DNA of 64,000 bases. Origin: Cenococcum geophilum (Eukaryota). Every line of letters begins with the position of its first letter. The first letter of the stretch is position 1. Both the position numbers and the translations under genes were made by a program. Positions 40,112-52,055 of this stretch are shown piece after piece. Location of the stretch: contig CP158635.1 in NCBI GenBank assembly GCA_050273025.1, forward strand, positions 10,912,001-10,976,000, written 5' to 3'. The notes under the pieces were generated by a model that saw only the letters and a list, made by a program, of their open reading frames with translations, ran no database searches and was not told the origin of the DNA.

Positions 40112-41535
40112 GAGTCCGCCTAAACGTCTTCTACTACTAAAATCCCTAGTTTAGCCTCTACTCCTTAGTCCTATAATTACTAGATCCTTAACCTTTAGAT
40201 TTCTATAGTTTCTTACTCTATCTCTTATAGGCTTCTTTAGTACTACTTAGGTCTATTAGCTCTGCGCTATACTATAGTTTCTAACTTAGCTTTGGTTATT
40301 ATATACTCTATATTTTATATAACTATAGAACTCTATCCTAGCCTCTCTTAGCCTATTCCCTTTAGTAGATCCAATTATTAATCTTAATTACTTAATCTAT
40401 TAGTTCCCTTAGGGTGTCTATATCTTCTATTAGGATAATTACGTCCTAGACTTTAGCCTTAAGTCCTTGTTTATACTATACTATAAGCGCCCTATTATTC
40501 CACTTAACTTATATAGCTAGTGTCTAGAACTACGTTATGTACTTAATTACTAAGGTTCACTGCGTAATATTTTAGAGTTTTTTTTCCGCTATAGTTACCG
40601 CCTCTAGGTCTCTAAATATTTATATAAGTTACTCTATAAACCCTTCCTAGCTTAAGAATATTAACTATACCTCTTGATTAGTAATTGTTATTCTGTTTAC
40701 CTATATTTCCGTAAAGTAAGGCTTAAACTACTTAAGTGCCCTTTTTAATAGGAATAGTCCCGTATATGCTATTCGATCTATAGGTATTAGTAGTTTCGCC
40801 CCTTCTTAGGTAACTTTAAAGTATATTTAGGTAAGAAACTCCTTAAGCTTTAATCTTTCTCCTAAGTACCTCTTAATTAATAGTAACTTAATCTTTGCTG
40901 CTCTAATCCTATTAACCCTTTCTTCTAGCGCCGTATTGTTTATTATTAACTAGTTAACTATCTCTTATAGTTATCCAACCGTTACAGGTTGCTATAAGTT
41001 AGTATCTACTATATTAGTGTTACGTCCTAACCTTAAAGTAGTTGCCGCCGTTAATAGCATTGTAGTGGCTGCTTTTGGTGGCATATTATTTAACTTTCTA
41101 TATTTAATACTATAACTAGGTAGTGATTATGTAATGGAATATTATAGTAAGAACTACGGTAGGCTTATTATTGGGCTAGGTATATAGGTAATATAAATTA
41201 AAGTTAATAACGTAATAATAACTGGTGGAGTGGTTACCTAATAGATTAACTTTAATTATATTCTAAGAATTACTATAAGGAAGGAACTATCTAGGTAGGG
41301 ACTAAGGGTCCTTAAATATATAACCGTACTCCTATAAAATCCTTCTTATATATAATAAACGTGCGTTTTATCTACTCTGTTGTGGATTATATAGATTACA
41401 TTATATAACCTTAGTTACTATTCCTTATTATATAGTTCTATTGGTTCTATCCTAGACCGTGCTTATATTAACTAACTAGCTTCTTCTAACTCTTCCCTAA
41501 GTAGTTGTAATATTGTACTTAAAGCGTCTGTAACA
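40112..41535 (-). mobile_element. Gypsy 2b: 5' LTR (41130-41535) and first ~1 kb of gag, same family as 2a
   Basis: 40112-41129 duplicates about 38670-39686; LTR colinear with 39687-40111. Confidence 0.9.
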
Positions 41536-43810
41536 CGACTGCTCTATATATAATTAAGTTATATTACTTAATAAAGCCTAGAAAAGTCCCTTAGATAGAG
41601 TTAACTTTTTAATAAAAAAGTTTAGCGATATCCGCTTGCAGATATACGTATATCTACTAATTAATTCTACGGTCTGAGCTTGCTAAGGTAATGCCAAACT
41701 CTAATATTACCTTAGGTTCCTGATATGGAGGCAGTCTTAGATGTACTTTGTAACTATAAGTGTAAGAGTAAAGCATTGTATAAAAACAGTTTAATTATCC
41801 TGTTAAAGAGGCAAAACTATTACAGTCTTTTAGCAGCTAATAACTAATAAGGGGTTCGAAAACTAAGCCCTGCGTAGGGGGCTCATTATTAATCCACAAT
41901 ATAACGTAGTTGACCAGGAAGCGAGCCACTCCACGTAGCGAGCCACATAAGAATATTCCTACCATTTTTAATTTCATAGCAAATTACACTAAAATTAAAA
42001 AACCTTAGCATATTACAAGATGCCAAATCAATCTTTACCCTCTCGCGAAGCCGAGACTACTATACAAAGTATTATACAAGATCTTTTTTCTAGTGTTAAG
42101 CCGTTAATTTATAAGGCCTTTAGCGCCCACGGAGCACCTAGATCTACTATTAGATATTATCTTACTAGCCATTTTCTATAACATGAAGCTTACCTAGGTT
42201 TATTACATCCTTTATAAGAACAATAAATTATTAAATAGATCTACGAATATTAATCCTAGGGCCTTCTGTTAAAGGTTAATATTCTCTTAAAAATAGCTTA
42301 TTCCCTTTTAGGGAAAGGCTAAACCGTAGGTAAGCATTAGGGGTAAAGATTCGTTTAACGCCATAGTTTTAGTATTATATTAAGTTATTAGCTTAACTAC
42401 TAAAGAGCTTAAAATAATAATCTAGTAGTTATACGTAATTAGTTTACGTTCTTCTATACTATTCGTAAGTAATATTAAGTTAAGTATTTAAAATTTATTA
42501 GCAACTTTAATAAGAAGGGGGTAATACTAGGCCTTATAGCAGTGGCCTAGGTAATTGTATTAGGCAAGGCATATAGGGAGAGGTTAAAAAATCGAATAGT
42601 TATACAGCTAGGCTCTTGTGAGTTAGTATCTATTATTAAGACAATTTCCGCTAATAGCTCTCTACTACCTACCTTCTTAATTTAGAAGGCGCAAACTACC
42701 TAGAAGGATAGTATTAAATTAGTAAGTAAAATAAGGGCCTTTGCGGATATATATACGCTACCTCCCCTAGTAGGTAGATAGATAACTCCTTAAGCCTATA
42801 TTATATTAAATATTATAATAAATATACGAGATACCTTATAGAAGATTCCAACGGTAAAATATAGTAATATCGCTTACTTTTAATAGATAATTATTTAAGC
42901 CACCCTATTTAGTAATTTGTTAAGTATATACTTGCGTATAAAATTATCCTAATAGTCCTATTACCTTATTTAACTTATAAGCTTTAACTACTAAATATAG
43001 GTTATTTTAGGCCACTTTCTTACTACTACAGGAAATAAGTAGATAACTTCTATTAATATAGCCACTTAGGCGTTAATAAGGAATATTTTTTAAAGCTCTA
43101 CCTAAAGGCGCGTATATAGGTATTTACTTATAATATAATCTATAGCGCCTAAAAAGCTATAGGCCTTCTACCTTATAATCCTACTACTATTTTAAAGACT
43201 CTTACCTATATAGAGCCTTCTAAAAGCCAGAATATAGAGGAATTAAATATACTTACTACTTTATGCACTTTAAAGACGCTAAGAACTATAAGGGAAATTA
43301 AATCTCTATATAATTAAATTAATAAATTAACGACCGCGCGACCTAATGGCTTACTTAAGACCCCAACTTAACAACGTCTTAGAAAGCTATTTAAAGCTTT
43401 AATAGGCTTCGCGACTAACTCCTATATCTAAAGGGAAGAAAATATTAAATATTAAAGCTTTTATATTAATAAGAAGTTAAGCAGACAACTCTTTAGTAAG
43501 GGCAAAGTTCTTAGTTAGGAAGACGTCAATTAATTAAAATCTAAAGATCTATAAAAGCAGAAGGCCTCCGTATAAAAGTTAACTTAAAGGAAGTATAAGG
43601 AAGGAATGACTCTACTAGAGCTTAATATTACTATATTAAGCAGAGCCGTTCTAAACCGCAGTAAATATAATTAGGATTAGGCCCACCTCTCTTATATATT
43701 TAGGTGTAATCCTTAGCCTGCAAATAAGTAGATTAACAGGTCGTTAATCTGGAAAGGGACGTCGCAGGAATGTGGTAGTCGCCCATATAGTTAGTTAGCG
43801 CGTAGGTCTA

Positions 43811-44234
43811 ACGTATCTTACCACTTATCCGCCACACCAGTTACCCACCCACCCTAAAAACCCACCAAAAATCGGAAAAACTGCACCTTAATATCTTAAC
43901 AACGGCTTAATAATAAATTCTGAAATTTTATAATTAGCCTTTTATACCTATATTAAGACTTTTAATAAAGTTCTAGCGTAATAAGCCTGGCCATTATTAA
44001 GATATTAGGTTTTAGCCCCTAATCTTAAGCTAAATTATAATATCTCTAGAGCTACTTAATAGATTCCTTTTTAAATATAATAAGAGGTTTAAAATATATA
44101 TAAAAGGCTAATTATAAAATTTCAGAATTTATTATTAAGCCGTTGTTAAGATATTAAGGTGCAGTTTTTCCGATTTTTGGTGGGTTTTTAGGGTGGGCGG
44201 GTGACTGGTGTGGCGGATGAGTGGTAAGATACGT
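43811..44234. mobile_element. MITE A (ACGT ends, TA TSD) nested in the Fot1 element
   Basis: Long TIRs acgtatcttaccact(t/c)atccgccacacc...; palindromic body. Confidence 0.92.
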
Positions 44235-44236
44235 TA

Positions 44237-44652
44237 ACGTATTCGGTAAGCAAGTGGCCACCGCAAGCATATGGCCACCCCAAAAACTTACTAAAAAACC
44301 TAAAAATCGGTCTTTAATATATTAACAACGGCCTAAAAAATTATAATAAAAAGTTATAATTAAACTCTCATACTTACTTTAAGACCTCTATTAGAGTTTT
44401 AGAGTAATTAGTTAAGCCGTTATAAATATATTAAGATTTAGCTCTTAAATTTAAGCCTAACTATTATATCTTAAGAACCACTTATTAAATTACTTTAAAG
44501 CTTTAATAGAGGTCTTAAAATAGGTGGGAATGTCTAAATTTAAATTTATATAATTTATTATTAAGCCGTTGTTAAGATATTAAAAAACTATTTTTGGGTT
44601 TTTTGGTACAGTGGCCACATGCTTGCGGTGGCCACTTGCTTACCGAATACGT
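44237..44652. mobile_element. MITE B (ACGT ends) inserted at the TA flanking MITE A
   Basis: TIR acgtattcggtaagcaagtggccaccgcaagcat; shares the TA at 44235-44236; TA at 44653-44654. Confidence 0.92.
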
Positions 44653-46722
44653 TATATCACCACCAAAACGCAGATAAATTAATTCAAGCGATATCGCGAT
44701 CAAAATAGTAGTATAAAAGCCTCAATTTGGCCTATTTAGAATATATATAAGCTCGTTGTTGATTTTATTATAAATTGATCAAATATCACCTGTATGTGGC
44801 TCGCTACGTGGGGTGGCTCGCTTCCCGGTCAACTACGTTAATGCCATTCCTAGATTTTACCGTCTTACAGAGATGCTTTAAAAACTTCCTTGCCGTTGAA
44901 ACTTGTAATCTTATCCCTGCGATAATGACAGCGTCTACCGGCCCGGAAAGATCCTGCTCAAACGACGCAGCAATATCAGACTCATCTGGATTGTCTCCTC
45001 CATAAAGGAGTATTTTCGGCAAATAGACTAACGCCGAGTGCTCCCTTGCCTCTCCTTACCTGATCCTCGCTAGTAGTCTCGCACTTGTAACACGAGGAAG
45101 CCACTACTCGCTCGAACTCTTCGAGCCCAACTTTCTTCGTATCTTGACACAGTTGGCAGATCAACGTGTCTAACCGACCGTGAAGCTGCACTGTTTTTTG
45201 AGACAGCCAAGACAGCCTAGCGTCAAAACAGTCAATGTTCTGAGTGTAATATCGCTGGAGGCGGCCGGACTGAGCCAGCTCATCCATGAAATGGTGAAAG
45301 GCGGTCGGCTGCAATTCCGATGTAGATTAGAACATTTTAAAGACAAGATCGTAAAACCAAGTAGTAGAATTCGCCGAAGACAAGGCCGATATATCGAAAA
45401 CGTTTTGGCTAGATAGCTTTGTACTGGAGGTTATACGAAAATCGTTGACTAATAATAAACAGGTGAGAAAAATGCGATTACAGTTTGGCAAAGGGACTCT
45501 TACCACCTGCATTTGTGGAAATACCAGCTCCAGTTATAAAGACAATCTTCTTCTTGTTCTAGAGGATCTCCTGTAATGCCGCCCACTGCTTGCTATCCTT
45601 TCTCCATGCCTTGCTGTATAAGTGAATCGCGCCAAGGGTCGAGAATGTGCTTCTCGGCGCCCACATGTGCATCGGAGCACAATGGCAGAGTAGCTTCTTT
45701 ACGGTATGGATGGCTTCGCGCGGTGAGATGTCCATGGTGTTTCCGAGAACGGGGGAGTTTAGCCATTTGGAATAGAAGTATGGCCGTTTGGAATGAAGAC
45801 GAAGGATGAGGAAGTCAACGAGGGGAGATCGCTCCTATTTATACCCAGCCTGTATCAATCCTAGGCCAATAGCGTTAGAGCTTATAAGGCAGACTCCCAC
45901 TTAGATAACTTATTCAAGCGCCCTGGCTACTAGCCTAGTCGGTCCTTGGTAGTAATGCGGCCTCGGTAACTTCCAAGACATCCGGGTGGCACAGCAGAGA
46001 GGGAGCCAGAAACGAGGGTTTTAAGGTGCGCGCATAAAGTCAGGCTCGGGCCATACATCGCTGGATGCACTTGGGTGAAAAGCCACAATCCCAAGACGTA
46101 GGCTTATACCTTCTCATCCCCTTTTCGTTTCAGAAGCAGGCTGTTCCCTCTTAACTTGTGGGTGAAAGGCATCAGAAGGCGAAGTACCGCCATCAGGGGA
46201 TGCCCCAAGAGCCAAACTAGGGCTTTCTTCGTCATGCGGTGACGCAGGATCCATGCGGACGTGCAACGGCTCATCCAAGTTTGCCTTGCTGGACCGCATG
46301 ACGGTGGGGCTAGTGAGACATTTTACCAGCCTGCCGTACAGGGCGAAGTTGGTTTAGCTGATGTTTTCACGGTGACATCTTGGAGACAGGCGCCCCCATG
46401 GTATGGCGCATTACCAACCAATGACACACATGCCGGGTGCACCAATGGGTTCAGAATCTGGAGGGCGGAGCGGGGGAGTAGAACGTTCCTTGAGGCGCAG
46501 GGAGATAGATTGTCGCAAATTTCAGTGTATCTTTCGCTGCCTAGAGTGTTAGGGATCAGGTGGAATTCAGTCAAAGCGACGAAGATGAGCCTGGTACGGT
46601 CCGTACCTTGAAGGAAATCTCATCTTTGCTGATGTCTCGATCGCCCCTCTGTTCAAGTTAATAAGTTAATGGCATAGGGTTCTAGCCTGAAAATTGGGAA
46701 ATCATTATGTCGTCGTTAATTA

Positions 46723-48690
46723 CTACTCGTGTTTCTGCATCTTGGTCCCCTCTTTTGAGAGTGGTGTCTTCTCTTCATCGGGCAAGCTCTTCCTGTCCTT
46801 CACCTCTCTCCTATGCATCCAATACTGAAGTGCCGAGAATACCAGGATGGTCAAGGGAAGAGTCACAACCCAATATATCCAGAAGTAGCTTGATACAGAC
46901 GGCCCTCCTTCAGTCTGAAAATTAAACATGGTTGTGCTAAAGAGGGACTATCATAGCCAGTCAGCATTAATGCCTCATCCGTTCGGCTCTCTCAACCTAC
47001 TGCGATATATGTGCCTGGCAAGAATGCCGTGGTTAGTGCGGCAATCTTCTTCATGGCATTGCTATCCTTCTGCGCCGCAAGAGCTATCCGCCTCGATTCT
47101 TCTGCTATGGATAGGGAAGCTTCGGTTAGTGCTCGCATTTGATTGTTCTCTTGAAGAGTGAGCCTTGCGATTTGGATATTTGCCTGGCTGTCTTGTTGTG
47201 AGACTAAATTGCGTATCTAAAAGTGAAACTGTCAGCAATGTTTATACAAGAGCCAATAGTGTGGAGTGTCATACCAGGCCTATCAATCCATCAATTCGCC
47301 GAGGAAGGGACACCAAATCTAGGCTCCTTAAGTCCCCCATCTCCATAACGGCCTCGATTCTCTGAGTCACGGCCTGCAATCTGGCCATGTTTCGCTCATG
47401 TATCCAGTAGCTGACCGCATCGCCGCTGCCAAACACTTCACGAGTTCCAATGCAGACCTCCTTCAGTAGCAACGCTGAAAGACGCTTCTCAAAATCTCGT
47501 CGACGATCTAGTTCTACCAGTGAGTTACTACATTGATACAGCCTCTTACTCAATGCCCCATAACTCGTTTGCGTCTTTGCGCCCCCGGTGTCGAATTCAT
47601 GAAATACATCTATCGCAGCTGGATCGATGGCCTCCTCGATCTCCGTTAGTTCCCGAGAGATACTCATAAACTGACGAGCTGATTCATGCACATGGTACGA
47701 TAGCATTTGAATCGGCAAGAGTAAAGGATGTCGATATGTTGCTGCAAAGGTGCGGACTTCCTCAACGATACTGGCTAGATCGACTATGGCGTTAGCTTCA
47801 AACAGCCCGATGGCTTTGACAGCACTCGTGCCTTCTTCACATTCTTCCGCTTCTGTAGTATCGGCCATGTAAACGGGCTCTTTTGGTGCTGCACCTCGGG
47901 GATTACGAATGGTGAAGGCCAAGGCCCAGACACCCCCAGATCTATAGAACGGCGTTTGAATGATGAAGTCTAAATGTACTGGGCATCAGCAACGCTTCTG
48001 CAGCTTGGGTGGAGGGAAGGGAGGACCATGATGGGTGCTTACTTCGATCTGTGTGGATACTACCGTCGACATAGCAAGTGCCGATATCATTGCTGCGCAT
48101 GACCAGCCATTCCAACGGGATGTGGAGTGTTTTCATGGTGCGCAAGAGCAAGCTCTCCTTAAACGGCAGGCTGAAGCCCCTGGTCCAATCGCGGCCTTTC
48201 TCGTCCGTACACATTTGCACTCTACCAATCAGCCCAGCCTTATCTCCCAGTAAAGAATGGTCACTCACAGAAGTTCACATGACCCAGCAAAACCTATTTT
48301 CCATTCTTCCTCATCTTTCTCCTCCGAATCATACCTTCGTATCTTACCCTTCCTCATCTCCGGTAATGCACCAAGCTGCTTGGCATCAAAGCATGTGAAC
48401 ACATCTAGCTCATCTCTGAGCTCTTCCGAATTTTCAACGACCTTCCCTAAAACCGACACATTTACCCCACTACCAATCCCCTCGTCATCAAGAACCCGCA
48501 TCGCGACAATTTTCTCTCTTCTCTCGTTATCAATCACAGTCCCAAAAACGTTCTCCCACAACTTTATATAGAAAGTCGTCGTTTTATCCCCATCATCAGC
48601 CGTGGAGCCTTGATACGCAGCCTCGTACTTAGACATGTACAGCCTTGCCGAATCGTCCCATTTCGTGTCACCTTTGGCTGTTGCGCTCAT
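46723..48690 (-). CDS. Multi-exon protein with C-terminal CorA-like two-helix transmembrane domain
   Basis: Exon ORFs 48265-48720, 47942-48268, 47269-47922, 46723-46929; a GTGAGT..CTGAT..TAG intron was traced between the first two; C-terminal AFLPGTYIA..MFNF..SSYFWIYWVVTLPLTILV is typical of fungal CorA-like proteins. Confidence 0.75.
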
Positions 48691-48980
48691 CTTTGGGGAG
48701 GAGCAAAATGGTTTCTGCAATTATAACTTCGTTATGCAAAGGGCAGGACAATATTTGCAACGAAAGAAATAATTCGAAATGAGGTAGGACACGAAAAATT
48801 GAGGTGAGAGATGGAAGAAGTTTACCTCGGCGAGCTCAGACGTGATTTTTTTGGCTAGCGTCGGAATAACAGCAGGGCCGTCCTCCTTCTCGCTCAATCA
48901 CGTCTGAGAGCCTTTGGCGAGTTTGTTAAAAGCGTAAGCAAGATCCACTAAATAGAGGCTATGGATATCTAATTTATTTA

Positions 48981-49821
48981 GGCCACTACTAGTTACACGC
49001 CCTCTAATTACTGCGCACACACCCCCCAATTGATACGCGTACACCCCCCACCGAACAGGCTTAGATTCTTCCTCTTCAGGTTAGAACATCACGTGTGTTT
49101 GACTTGTATGCATCTGCATTAGTGCGCAACTGTCGCGCGCCCATACCTAAATCAACACCTCGCATTTGCATACTTTTCCCTACATCTACCATGGCTCTCA
49201 ACCCACCTCCGTTAAAGCTATGCAATTGCGCAAACTTTGCCCTTAATAATATTAACGAGTTCACTAAAGGGCAGGGCTATACGGTGTCAAAATTCAGCTC
49301 AAAAACTGACAGTCGTGGGCGCGGGCGCAGAGCCTTAAGCAGAGGCGGTAGCAGCCAAATCAGTTCAAGTACTGCCTTACAGATCACTGCGCAATCAACT
49401 CAGTCGACTCCGGAGCAAGTAGGTAGTATTATAGGTAGTATTACAGGTGGCATTACAGGTGGTAATACAGGTGGTAATAGTGGTAGAAGTCAAGATACCT
49501 CTGCAGATGGCTTGCCAAGTATTAGCGGCAGGCTTACGGTGGTCGTGGGGCCTTGTCCTTTCAGCACGACTTTGCTGAGGGGTCCTTTGGTGCATTCCAG
49601 CTTTAATTTAAACTCTACGAGTTATACTATAGTTGAAATCAAGACTTGATTCTGGTGGTACAGTCGTAGAAGTTACATTTTGAAAGTTTGATTTTCGCGA
49701 TGCAGATGCATACAAGTCAAACACACGTGATATTCTAACCTGAAGAGGAAGAATCTAAGCCTGTTCGGTGGGGGGTGTACGCGTATCAATTGGGGGTTGT
49801 GTAACTAGTAAGTTAGTGGCC
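48981..49821 (+). mobile_element. Non-autonomous long-TIR element, probably an internally deleted Mutator/MULE
   Basis: ~130-bp near-perfect TIRs starting GGCCACTA; internal remnant INEFTKGQGYTVSKFSSKTD resembles a MULE N-terminal (FAR1-like) region fused to a GRGR C-terminus; no clear TSD. Confidence 0.75.
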
Positions 49822-49829
49822 AAGATTTT

Positions 49830-50201
49830 GGGGCTGTTCGGTTACGAAAACGTCAAATTAAATCTGAACTGAAAGTCCGGCAGAAAAGCGCGTTCCTTCC
49901 CGATTCACCGCGTCTGTGGCTTCACAAAATTACACAGGTGTGCGCAATCTAAAGCTTTAAGCCGAATTCTAAACCAGGATTTTAATCCGACGCCAAGACC
50001 TTTAGATCAGAAACTTTATATGGTAAAGTTACCAACTTTTCAGTAGACCCCAGCCTTTTTTTGGGCGATCAGAGGAACATCGAAAATTTGTGGCTGTAGC
50101 TTCATTTTAACCGAACAATCGCATTAGAATCAGAATCAGATTCATTTAGAGCCTCTAGAACTGATCTGATCTGGAGCCAAATTTTGCAACTGAGCGGCCC
50201 C
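49830..50201. mobile_element. Degenerate Tourist/PIF-like MITE
   Basis: Imperfect TIRs ggggctgttcggttacgaaaa / ttttgcaactgagcggcccc; TTT on both flanks. Confidence 0.4.
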
Positions 50202-50292
50202 TTTATTTGACTGAACAACAGCAGAGGCGTTACATTGCCCGTAGAACATAATTTATAATCCTACAGCCACCGCCCATAAAAGCTTCAAGAGC

Positions 50293-51214
50293 TTAGTAAT
50301 TGCTATCATCATTACCACCCCTGCCGCCGTGGCTTCCTGTCTTGTTGCCGTACCCGGCTCCACCCGTCGTCCCGCTGCCGTAGCCACCGCTGCCAGAGTA
50401 CGCCGCCGTGTCATCGCCGCCGCCGTACCTCGTGTTGCTGTTGTCGTAAGAGTCGTCGCCGCCGCCGCCAGTGGACTTTTTGTTGCCGTAGCCGACGCCG
50501 CCAGTCGTACCGGACCCGTAAGTGTCGGAAGAGGAGTTGTTCTGGGGTGGATTAGTTAGCATGAATTGGCAGGGAAAATGGTAGGTCACTGGGGATTGGT
50601 AATAATGGAAGACCTACGCCATAAGTGTCGGTGCTATCGTCGCCGCCATAAGTGTTATCAGATCGCTTCTTGCTGCCGTAGGTATCGTCATCACCGTATG
50701 TGTTGCCAGACTTCTTAGAGCTTCCATAGCTGTCATCGTTGTCTCCATAGGTGTTGGATGACTTCTTAGTGCTGCCGTAGCTGTCATTGTTTGATTGGTT
50801 TGTGCTGCCATAGCTGTCGTTGTTATCGTTTCCATAGGTGTTGTCTGATCGCTTGGTGCTACCGTAGGTATCATCACCGCCGTATGTGTTGCTAGACTTC
50901 TTGGAGCTTCCATAACTGTCATCGTCGTCTCCGTAGGTATTGCCCGTCTTCTTAGTACTGCCGTAGCTGTCATTGCTTGATTGGTTTGTGCTGCCATAGC
51001 TGTCGCTGTTGTCGTTTCCGCCATAGGTGTTGTCTGAGCGCCTAGCGCTACCGTGACTATCATTGTTGTCGTTTCCTCCGTAAGTATTGTCGGGGCGCTT
51101 GGTGCTTCCATAAGTGTTACTGGAGTCATTACCCTCGTAGCTGTCGTCGTTTCCGCCATAGCCTCCCCTGGTGCGGTTGCCGCTGCCGTAGCTGTCGTTA
51201 TCGTAGTTGGACAT
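50293..51214 (-). CDS. Hydrophilic Gly/Ser/Asp/Asn/Tyr repeat protein (hydrophilin/LEA-like), two exons
   Basis: Repeated D(S/T)YG(S/G) motifs; intron 50617-50542 (GTAGGT..GCTAAC..CAG) joins the two ORFs in frame. Confidence 0.85.
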
Positions 51215-52055
51215 GATGAATATGAATTGGAGTAGTTAAACTTTAATTAGACCTGTTGATGGTTTTATAAAAAGGAATTGATTGAATTGAGTGTATCCGA
51301 GAGCTTGTCTATCAAAACATAAGTAGGATCAGTTGCTATTTATCATTCTTTAGTCACTTCCAACCCCTCCACTCTAGGTCCCAAAGCAGACAGGTTCGAG
51401 AAAAAGAACAGGCTTGGAGGGGCAGTGGAGATGTCGTCACTGCAAATCAGCTGTCCTGTAGTAGATCGGTGAGAGCGGTTGCTTCCAGCTTCGGGTATCA
51501 CAAGCATGGAATAGGTCTAACCGGCAAGGAACAGGTCTAAACTGTTCTGGTGCTATGCTGGCAGCATGTGGCGGCTCTGGATCCCTGGGAATATCATAAC
51601 CCCACACTTGGGTTTGCAGTGGATGAAGGCGTGCTTTTTTGCTCCATAACTTGATTTGGAGTAAGCAATACCCTGGGTTCGCTTGTGATAGTGCTCCAAA
51701 CGTGGGCTCTTCCAAGATTCTCATACGCTATACAACAATTGAATTTAGTATAAGGTTAAGATAGAATTGGGCCCTGCTCCCCTGCGTAGTTTTTTCTCTA
51801 CCAATGACGGATAGTGTTCAGGCCACCTTACATGATTTGCGATCTGGCTGGTGGCTGGGCAGTGCAGCTTCGCTCGTGCCTGTGAGGGTTTGAGCTTTGC
51901 CGATCTCAGATAAGGCCCACTTGCGTCACTTCTCCCTTCCCTGCTGCGCCTCCTCCACCAACTCCACCCATTGGTCTCGACTCTCCGTAGAAGCCTGTCT
52001 CGGGACGCCGCGATGCACTGGAAATGCCGAATGTGAAATAACATACGAGTTCAGC

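Larger units (their letters stand above)
41904..44838 (+). mobile_element. Fot1/pogo (Tc1-mariner superfamily) DNA transposon, RIP-degraded DDE transposase about 42019-43720
   Basis: ~45-bp TIRs acgtagttgacc(a/g)ggaagcgagccac... at both ends; TA TSD (41902-41903, 44839-44840); degraded DDE_1-type motifs (RLLLIDNYLSH, LTYKL(Q)xLN(D)IGYFRPL). Confidence 0.92.
41795..45735 (-). pseudogene. Hst3/Hst4-like sirtuin (NAD-dependent deacetylase) pseudogene split by a Fot1 transposon
   Basis: Motifs ITGAGISTNAG, DFR, PTAFH, YTQNID, VQLHG, two CxxC pairs, PKILLYG; premature stops and a frameshift; C-terminus (ILWINNEPP...KDCNSF) lies at 41795-41903 beyond the insertion. Confidence 0.9.

Noticed and set aside
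1..44700. Alternative genetic code or stop-codon readthrough explaining the in-frame TAA/TAG
   Set aside because: Paired LTRs differ by C>T/G>A transitions and catalytic Asp codons became Asn, as expected from RIP; island genes use the standard code.
46114..46611. Small ORFs between the sirtuin and the CorA-like gene
   Set aside because: No recognisable motif or consistent exon structure.
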